Made by a program: the position numbers and the translations under genes. A stretch of DNA of 64,000 bases, taken from positions 1,248,001 through 1,312,000 of the forward strand of contig CAWBZV010000005.1 in the NCBI GenBank assembly GCA_963793305.1, in the 5' to 3' direction. The notes beneath the pieces are model-generated. The model was not told the DNA's origin, made no database searches, and saw only the letters and a program-made list of their open reading frames with translations. Shown here piece by piece: positions 56,941-64,000 of this stretch (position 1 is its first letter; every line of letters starts with the position of its first letter). This DNA comes from an uncultured Gemmatimonadales bacterium. Lineage in GTDB: Bacteria > Gemmatimonadota > Gemmatimonadetes > Gemmatimonadales > Gemmatimonadaceae.

Positions 56941-58060
56941 GCAACCCGATCGCCGGAAGGAACGCGCAGACGCGATAGACGAATTCGAGACTCGTCGCGT
57001 CGGCGAGCTTGCCGAGGAACGCGGCGCCGATCCCGCCCAGCCCGAACGCGAGGCCGAAGAACACGCCGGAGATGAGGCCCACGCGGCCAGGCACGAGATC
57101 CTGCGCGTAGACGAGAATCGCCGGCATGGCCGAAGCGAGGACGAGCCCGATCACAATGCTGAGGCCAGTCGTCCACGCCAGATCGGCGTATGGCAAGATG
57201 AGCGTAAAGGGTAAGACGCCCAGAATGGAAACCCAAATGACGTACTTCCTCCCAATCCGATCCCCAACCGGCCCGCCAATAATTGTTCCGGCCGCAACAG
57301 CGCCCAGAAACAAAAAGAGGTGTATCTCGGCGCTCCGCACGGACAGATGGAATCGGTTGATGAGATAGAACGTGTAGTAGCTCGTCAGGCTCGACAAATA
57401 GAAAAATTTGGAAAACATGAGTGCCACCAGAACCGCGAGAGCGCCAATCACGCGGCGTCGGGGCAACCCACTCGTCACGGGGGTGACCGCCGAGGGACCA
57501 CGTTGGGCCAAGTGGGCCCGGTACCAGCGCCCGATGATCGTGAGCACCACGATCGCCAGCAAAGCGACCACCGAGAACCAAGCCAGACTGGATTGGCCGT
57601 TTGGCAGGATGATGTACGCGGCGAGCAGCGGCCCGAGCGACGTGCCGGCGTTCCCGCCAACTTGAAAGAACGACTGCGCAAACCCGGGCCGATTCCCTGA
57701 CGCCAGCCGCGCCACGCGCGACGACTCGGGATGAAAGATCGATGAGCCGAGGCCGACGAGCGACGCTCCGCCGAGCAGGGTGAGAAAATGCGAAGCCGCG
57801 GACAGCACCAGAAGGCCGCACAGGGTCGCGCCCATGCCGATCGCCAGTGAAAATGGCAATGGCCGCTTATCGGTATAGAGTCCGACGAACGGCTGCAGGA
57901 GCGACGCGGTGATCTGGTACGACAGCGTGATGAGCCCGATCTGGCGAAAGTCGAGATGATGCGTGGTCTTGAGGATCGGGTAGACCGCGTAGATCAGCGA
58001 TTGGACGAGGTCATTGAGCAGATGGCAGAAGCTGATCGCCGCCAGAATCGCGAGTTGCAT
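56846..58060 (-). CDS. fsr: Fsr-like MFS efflux transporter
   Basis: CHLLNDL, ASLLQP, SSIFHPESSR, FQVGGNAG, GGPVGDRIGRK. Confidence 0.85.
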   Translation of the reverse strand: MQLAILAAISFCHLLNDLVQSLIYAVYPILKTTHHLDFRQIGLITLSYQITASLLQPFVGLYTDKRPLPFSLAIGMGATLCGLLVLSAASHFLTLLGGASLVGLGSSIFHPESSRVARLASGNRPGFAQSFFQVGGNAGTSLGPLLAAYIILPNGQSSLAWFSVVALLAIVVLTIIGRWYRAHLAQRGPSAVTPVTSGLPRRRVIGALAVLVALMFSKFFYLSSLTSYYTFYLINRFHLSVRSAEIHLFLFLGAVAAGTIIGGPVGDRIGRKYVIWVSILGVLPFTLILPYADLAWTTGLSIVIGLVLASAMPAILVYAQDLVPGRVGLISGVFFGLAFGLGGIGAAFLGKLADATSLEFVYRVCAFLPAIGLLTAFLPQTHGGRAHRAAAPDLATASGALPQD

Positions 58061-58069
58061 CCGCGAAAG

Positions 58070-60411
58070 CTAAGGCGCCGCGCTCGGCTCCAGCACCGTG
58101 GTCCACACGTTGGCGAGGGCGCCCGGGAGCGTCGTCTCCGTCCACGCACCCGCGCGTCTAAACCGCGCGCGGATGGTGGCGCCGACTCCAATGGGTTCCA
58201 GCTTCGTTTGGATCAACGCCGTGATGCGCAGGCGCTTCGTGCTCCGGAATTCGTCGGCGCCGTACCGTTCGTCGACGCCGCTGAGCACGCGGCCAGGAAG
58301 GTCCAACGCGGTGTTCGCGTTGTCGGAGTACCAGAACGTCGGTCGTGCCGCCGAACTGCTCGACGACGCGACGATCCGGCACGAGGTTGGGATCCAGCAC
58401 GCCGGATGGTCCGACGTGATACCCGCGCGGGAGGCGCCCTACCTTCGCGGGAAGCGCAAGCGCGCCGTAGAGCGTCGGAACGAGGAGGATCACGCCGCCC
58501 GCGCACGCGACGAGCGCGCGGAGTGGCCACCCGCGGCGTCGCCACACATCGATGGCGCCGAGCACGGCGACGGGGAGCACCGCGAGGCTCGCTGGCGCGA
58601 CATGTCGCGCGGTCAGATCGGCCGCGAAGCTCGTGAACGTCCAGACGCCGGCGATCGCGACCATGGTGACGACAAACGCCATCACCGCGAGCCGGGCGGC
58701 GGCCATGGCCCGGACCGCCGGCAGGCGTGCGCCATGCGCGATGAGCCACAGGAAGACGAGACCGGGCGCCACGCCAAAGTAGGACGACGCGCGCAATCGG
58801 CTCAGCAGTCCGTCCGCGTCGGCTACGGCGAGGGCAGGATCGGCGATCAGCGCCGCAAACGACTCCACGTGTGGATAGAACCCGGCTTGCGCGGTCACAC
58901 TGTTCACCGCGACGCCGAAGTGCGCATTGAGAAGAGACAGCGCCACCACAGGAATCGCCGTCCCCGCGGCGACCCACCAGAGGTTGCGCCACGAGCGCTC
59001 AACGCCGAGCCACGCGAGGGCGCCGAGCCCGAGAAAGAACAGCGAGTACTTGACGATATACGTGACGCCGAGCGCGAGCCCCAGACCGAGCGCGCCTCGA
59101 CGAGCACCGCGCAGCGCCAGAAGGAGGACCCACGGTGCAACCGCGTAGCTCAGGGTGTCTTGCGTGAACAGGTAGAGACCGTTGCTCGCCTCGTGCAAAA
59201 AGGGGAGGGCCGCCGCGACGATCGAGAGGACCCACGTCGGCGCCTCGAATTGCTCGAACCATCGCAACCATCCAATGGAACCGGCGATCAGGCACAGACC
59301 GGCCACGATGCGGAGAGCGGCGCCGAGCGACAGGCCGGCGGCGAGCCATGGATACGCGGCGAGCTGCGGGCCGGGCGGACGCGAAACGATCCAGAATGCG
59401 TTGATCGCGAGAGAGGTCGGCCGGGTCGGGCTGAACGACCGTGTTCAACGTCGGCGACTGGCCGGCGACGTACTGAACCGCCCCGCGGAGCTGCGCGGCC
59501 TGGTCGCCGTTGATGCCTTGCGGTACACGACCCATGATCGCGAAAACCAGCGCCAGCGCGACGATCATGATCACCCAGGGCGCGCGCCCCGCAATCGCGA
59601 CCTTGGTCGCTCTCCAGAACCACCGTGCCCGGAGCAGCGCCAACTGCTTGGCCTGGTGCGCGCGACGTCGCCGGGCAATCGCGCGCAGCCGCGGATCCGA
59701 CAGACACGCCACCATTTTGCCATACAACCGTATCCACCCTTCGGCGGCGCCAATGAGGTTCTCTGCATATCGGGGATCGCCGCCTTTGTCGCGCACCGAC
59801 ACGAGGGCCTCGGCGATCGCGGTGACCTCGCTCCGCATCGCGAGGCGCAGCCAGAGGTCCTGGTCTTCGTTCACCGCCAATGCTTCGTCGAATCCACCGA
59901 CCTCCTCGATCAGGCTGCGCTCGGCCATCACGGTCGGTGTGCCGACGATGGCGTCCAACGTCAGCAGTCGCTCGACGATGTCGCCATCGTATGCGATGCG
60001 CGGTTTGTATCGGGCATCGGACACCGCCCGCCCTTCGGTATCGATGATCGACAGCGCCGTGTAGCTCCACCGGCGCGTCGGCGCCGATTGCATCGCGCGC
60101 ACCTGCACCGCGAGCTTGGTCGGCGCCCACACGTCATCGGAATCCATGAATGCGATGTACCGACCCCGCGCGACGCCAATGGCCGCGTTCCGTGCGATCG
60201 ACGGCCTGCCCGAATGCAGAAGCCACAGCACCCGGACGCGCGGATCGCCGAGGCTCCGCAGGTACGCCCGCGTCTCCTCTCCGGAGCCATCGTCGGCGAT
60301 GATGAGCTCCCAGTCAGCGTACGTTTGCCGCAGCACCGAGTCGATGGCCGCGGGCAAGAACTCCAGGCGATTGAACGCCGGCAGGATGACGGAGATGAGT
60401 GGCGTGGTCAC
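58070..60411 (-). CDS. GT2 glycosyltransferase fused to a polytopic membrane domain (extra bases at 59395-59396 and 58335-58336)
   Basis: SVILPAFN, DDGS, DSDD, EDQDLW; three ORF pieces join into 780 codons after removing two bases. Confidence 0.72.
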
Positions 60412-61784
60412 CGGTGAGCGTCGTCGTGGTCCAAGCGCTCGAGGATGACTTGGGTCGCGAATGCGTAGCCGGCCGCATTGAGGTGCGTCCAGACATGCGG
60501 CGGCTGCCAGAACCGGTCATCCGAGTCGGCGGTGAACCGGGCCTGGAGGTCGATCACCGCAATCCCGCGGCGATCGAGCGCCTGAATCAGCGTATCGCGC
60601 GCCGGTCGGCAGGTCTTGGTTCCGATCTCCTCCCCCCACAGGGGCAGATGGACGAAGTAGAATCGCCCACCCCACTGCTCGACCTCCGAGCGGGCCTGCG
60701 CGATCAGATCGGTGAACTGCTGCAGCCGATCCGGCGCGCATGGCAGGTCTCCCACACGGTCCCATTCGGGCACGAGCATCGGAAAAGCCTTCTCTCGCAG
60801 ATCGCGCAGCGTGAGAAACCGCCTCATCTTCCCGCGCCACGGATGCGCCTGGGCCGCGGCGGTCGTCGCAATGTTCCGGTCTTGGTACGATCGCATCATC
60901 GCATCGACCTCGCTTTGCCGGGTGAGCAGCGACTGTCGAAAACCTGGCACGCGGTACTGCCCGAGAAATCCGCGGGCGCGCTCCGACTCGAAGTCCATGA
61001 AGTCGTTGCCGGGGAAATAGAGCCACACGACGTGGCGCGGCCGGCGCGGCGCCGCAAATTCCCGGAGGATGGCGAGCTCGGAGAGCGGGCCGTTCCCGTT
61101 CACGCCCAAGCTGATCGCCGAACGGGTGCGGCGCATTCGCGCGGCGATGTTCTCCGTCGTATCCACGCACGCGCCCTGCGCAAACGAGTCTCCGATGAGG
61201 ACGACGTCGGGCGCCGGCTCGCCCCACGCGCCCGGCGGGTTATTGAACCCATGATCGTCGCTCCGGTAGGTCGTGAACGCACCGCCCTCGTTGCAGTACA
61301 CGATAAACGTGTTGGCGATGCCGGCGAGCGGATACGGATGTCCGGCCGTCCGGTCGGCGCGATACGCCGCATCCAGCTCCAAGCGCTCTGTAGCGTAGTA
61401 CGCCGGGACACCCAGGGCGCGGAAGTCGAGGACGACGTTGAGCCGCGAACGCGGATCCCACGCGCCCCGCAGGCCGGCCGGCGGTGGCAGATGGCGCGGG
61501 TCGTCGCGCGGTCTAAACGCGAGCGCCGCGTCGGCAACGTAGAACGCCAGCATCGCCGCGCCGATGCAACTGGCGATGATCGCGCGGCGATCGCGTCGCA
61601 TGAACAGCGAGGCAATGGCCACGATGCCGACGATCGCCGGACCGATATCGTATCCGGCCGCGAGTGCGGGATATCGCGCCGGGATATGGGTGGCCGCGAA
61701 GATGACGATGCGGATGGCGCCGAGCGCCGTGACCACGAGTACGGCGATGGCGATCGCGTCCACGAGTCGATCAGTCCGGCGCAA
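60408..61784 (-). CDS. Membrane-anchored SGNH/GDSL hydrolase-like protein
   Basis: N-terminal TM segments, IGDSF, GND, THLNAAGY. Confidence 0.78.
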   Translation of the reverse strand: MRRTDRLVDAIAIAVLVVTALGAIRIVIFAATHIPARYPALAAGYDIGPAIVGIVAIASLFMRRDRRAIIASCIGAAMLAFYVADAALAFRPRDDPRHLPPPAGLRGAWDPRSRLNVVLDFRALGVPAYYATERLELDAAYRADRTAGHPYPLAGIANTFIVYCNEGGAFTTYRSDDHGFNNPPGAWGEPAPDVVLIGDSFAQGACVDTTENIAARMRRTRSAISLGVNGNGPLSELAILREFAAPRRPRHVVWLYFPGNDFMDFESERARGFLGQYRVPGFRQSLLTRQSEVDAMMRSYQDRNIATTAAAQAHPWRGKMRRFLTLRDLREKAFPMLVPEWDRVGDLPCAPDRLQQFTDLIAQARSEVEQWGGRFYFVHLPLWGEEIGTKTCRPARDTLIQALDRRGIAVIDLQARFTADSDDRFWQPPHVWTHLNAAGYAFATQVILERLDHDDAHR

Positions 61785-63537
61785 ACGCGCCTCGCGCCAT
61801 CTGGGCCTCGGACACGACCTGGTCGGTCTTCCGGAGAAAGCAGTTGCCGATGCTCATCGCTTCGATCGCCGTCGCCATGAAGCATCGGAACGCATCCTCC
61901 GGCGTGCACACGATCGGCTCGCCGCGGACATTGAAGCTGGTGTTGACCAGCACGGGGCAGCCGGTTCGCGCTCCGAATGCCGTAAGCAGCGCGTGGAACC
62001 GCGGGTTGGTCGCCTGATCGACGGTCTGGATGCGCGCCGAGCCGTCGACATGCGTAACGGCTGGGATGTCCGATCGGTGTTCAGGCCGAACCGACGCGAC
62101 GAGCAGCATATACGGGCTCTCGACGTCGAGCTCGAACCACTCGGCGGCGCACTCGGCCAACACCGCGGGTGCGAAAGGCCGGAACGACTCCCGAAACTTG
62201 ACCTTGAGATTGAGCGTCGACTGCGCGTTGGGGTCGCGCGGGTCGGCCAGGATCGACCGGCTGCCGAGCGCACGGGGACCGAACTCCATGCGTCCTTGGA
62301 ACCACCCGAGCGCGTCACGTTGGACGAGACGCTCGACGCTGCACGCAACGAGCGCCTCGTCGGAGAGCGTCGTATATCGAGCGCCGAGCACCCCGAGCCG
62401 TCGCTCGATCTCCTCTTGAGTGAATTCCGGCCCCAGCAACGCCCCTTGCATGGCATCGCCAGTCGGAATTGGCCGCTCGGTCGACGCCTGATACGCGATC
62501 AGGGCGGCGCCGATCGCCCCGCCGGCGTCGCCCGCCGCCGGCTGAATCCAGAGCCGCTCGAACCGACCATCGCGCAAGACCGCGCCATTGGCGACGCAGT
62601 TGAGCGCGACACCGCCGGCGAGGCACAGGTTCCGCTGGCCGGTCCGCGCGGCCACATCGCGCGTCATGCGCAGGATCGCCTCATCGAGCACGGCCTGAAT
62701 GGACGCCGCGAGGTCGCGATGTCGCGAGAGGAGCGGCTCATCCGGCCGGCGCGCCGGCGCGCCGAACAGCGCATCGAACGCGCCATTCGTCATGCGCGAT
62801 CCGGCGCAATAGTCGAAATACGAGAGGTCGAGACGGAACGATCCATCGTCCTTGAGATCGATCAAGTGATCCCGGATGAGCGCCGCGTACCGCGCCTCGC
62901 CGTACGGCGCCAGGCCCATGACCTTGTACTCGGCCGAGTTCACGCGAAATCCGAGGTAGTGCGTGAACGCGCTGTACAGGAGCCCGAGCGAGTGCGGAAA
63001 GTCGATCTGGCGAAGAATGTCGAGCGTCGGCCGCCGCCCGATCGCCACGGAGGTCGTGGCCCACTCGCCGACGCCATCCACGGTGAGCACGGCCGCTTCG
63101 TCGAAGGGTGACGGAAAGAACGCGCTGGCGGCGTGACTCGCGTGGTGTTCGGTGAACCGGAGACGCGCGTCCCAGTCGACGCGCGGATCGAGGGCGCGGA
63201 GCTCGCGGCGCAGGCGTGAACGGAGAAACAGCTTGTCACCCAACCAGACGGGCATGGCCCGCGCGAACGAGCCCAGGCCGCGTGGAGCCACCGCGAGATA
63301 CGTCTCGATCAGGCGCTCGAACTTGAGGAAAGGCTTCTCGTAATACGCGACGAGGTCGAGATCGGCCGCCCGGATGCCAGCGTGCTCCAGACAGAACGCG
63401 ATGGCGTGTCGAGGAAAGTCGGGATCGTGCCGGAGCCGCGTGAACCGCTCTTCTTGAGCGGCCGCCACGATCACCCCATCGTCGATGAGCGCGGCCGCAC
63501 TATCGTGATAGTACGCCGAGATCCCGAGGATCTTCAC
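61771..63537 (-). CDS. NodU/CmcH-family O-carbamoyltransferase (SxtI-like)
   Basis: GISAYYHDSAA, QEERFTR, HHASHAASAF, EFGPRALG, KFRESFRPFAP, NTSFNVRGEP. Confidence 0.95.
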   Translation of the reverse strand: MKILGISAYYHDSAAALIDDGVIVAAAQEERFTRLRHDPDFPRHAIAFCLEHAGIRAADLDLVAYYEKPFLKFERLIETYLAVAPRGLGSFARAMPVWLGDKLFLRSRLRRELRALDPRVDWDARLRFTEHHASHAASAFFPSPFDEAAVLTVDGVGEWATTSVAIGRRPTLDILRQIDFPHSLGLLYSAFTHYLGFRVNSAEYKVMGLAPYGEARYAALIRDHLIDLKDDGSFRLDLSYFDYCAGSRMTNGAFDALFGAPARRPDEPLLSRHRDLAASIQAVLDEAILRMTRDVAARTGQRNLCLAGGVALNCVANGAVLRDGRFERLWIQPAAGDAGGAIGAALIAYQASTERPIPTGDAMQGALLGPEFTQEEIERRLGVLGARYTTLSDEALVACSVERLVQRDALGWFQGRMEFGPRALGSRSILADPRDPNAQSTLNLKVKFRESFRPFAPAVLAECAAEWFELDVESPYMLLVASVRPEHRSDIPAVTHVDGSARIQTVDQATNPRFHALLTAFGARTGCPVLVNTSFNVRGEPIVCTPEDAFRCFMATAIEAMSIGNCFLRKTDQVVSEAQMARGAFAPD

Positions 63538-63543
63538 ACGTCC

Positions 63544-63693
63544 CTAGAACAGGGAGTAGATGAATGGCGCGATGGCCGCGCCCTGCGTGAGGATGAGGAC
63601 GGTCCCGAGCACGACGAGGAACGTGACCGCCGGCCAGATCCAGTACCGACGCCTCACGCGAAGGAATTGCCAGAACTCGATGAGAGACCGCAT
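63544..63693 (-). CDS. DUF5989/SxtK-like small membrane protein (49 aa)
   Basis: Translated by hand: MRSLIEFWQFLRVRRRYWIWP..APFIYSLF. Confidence 0.85.
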   Translation of the reverse strand: MRSLIEFWQFLRVRRRYWIWPAVTFLVVLGTVLILTQGAAIAPFIYSLF

Positions 63694-63694
63694 G

Positions 63695-64000
63695 TCAATA
63701 AGGTCGGGTCAGCGATTCGCGATCGACGACGTGTGAGGGGCGCTCGATCCAATAGGTCGGCTCGAGGGGATCCCGCCGCAAGCGAAGTATATCGATCCTG
63801 CGCCACCGCATGATGATCGCGGTCGGCGTCAGCAGGAGAAAGTACGCGATCGCCAGCACGACCGGACCGGTGACCCGCTGCATGATGTGTCCGAGTCCGG
63901 TCCACACCTTATTCGGCTGGTGGAGCCAATGCGGCGTCGCGAGACTCACCGCGGCGAGCAGCGCGGCCAGTGCCAGCGGCCATATGCGAACGTCCGCCCG
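63695..64000 (-). CDS. SxtJ-family membrane protein (5' end outside the window)
   Basis: W..LG..V..YFLLLTP..D.L..TYWIER; position upstream of the SxtK-like gene and the carbamoyltransferase. Confidence 0.75.
   Translation of the reverse strand, partial: RADVRIWPLALAALLAAVSLATPHWLHQPNKVWTGLGHIMQRVTGPVVLAIAYFLLLTPTAIIMRWRRIDILRLRRDPLEPTYWIERPSHVVDRESLTRPY

Noticed and set aside
10262..59396. Programmed frameshifting or phase variation at the broken genes
   Set aside because: There are no slippery heptamers or long homopolymers. The same small insertion type in unrelated genes points to a technical error.
1..64000. CRISPR array, tRNA/rRNA genes, integrase or transposase
   Set aside because: I recognised no regularly spaced repeat-spacer array, RNA-gene signature or recombinase motif by eye; a covariance-model search was not possible.
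61771..64000. Saxitoxin biosynthesis cluster
   Set aside because: Only sxtI/J/K-like genes are present. There is no sxtA, sxtG or other core gene, and the neighbours are glycan-related.

Overview
GC-rich bacterial chromosomal window. The gene families (Oar-like TonB receptor, DUF305+LVIVD pair, many short-signal lipoproteins) suggest Gemmatimonadota, but this is an inference. It holds about 62 CDSs. I recognised no rRNA, tRNA, CRISPR array, integrase or transposase. Main content, left to right: an arsenic cluster (arsR-arsM-arsN2-arsO-arsR-metallophosphoesterase) with visible operators; regulators, hydrolases and transporters; a Cyc2-like cytochrome-porin in an operon with a diheme cytochrome c-cupredoxin fusion; orphan T2SS-type minor pseudopilins; and an SxtJ/SxtK/carbamoyltransferase-SGNH-glycosyltransferase cluster. 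The best candidate for an undescribed system is a 47-aa lipoprotein-like peptide (22371-22514, absent from the ORF track) directly upstream of a cytoplasmic TPR protein. The pair is bracketed by an inverted 21-bp motif and resembles RRNPP-type peptide signalling. Seven genes carry eight single-base insertions, mostly TC->TTC, which look like systematic sequencing error. Many genes appear to be leaderless. All family calls come from motif recognition, not database searches.
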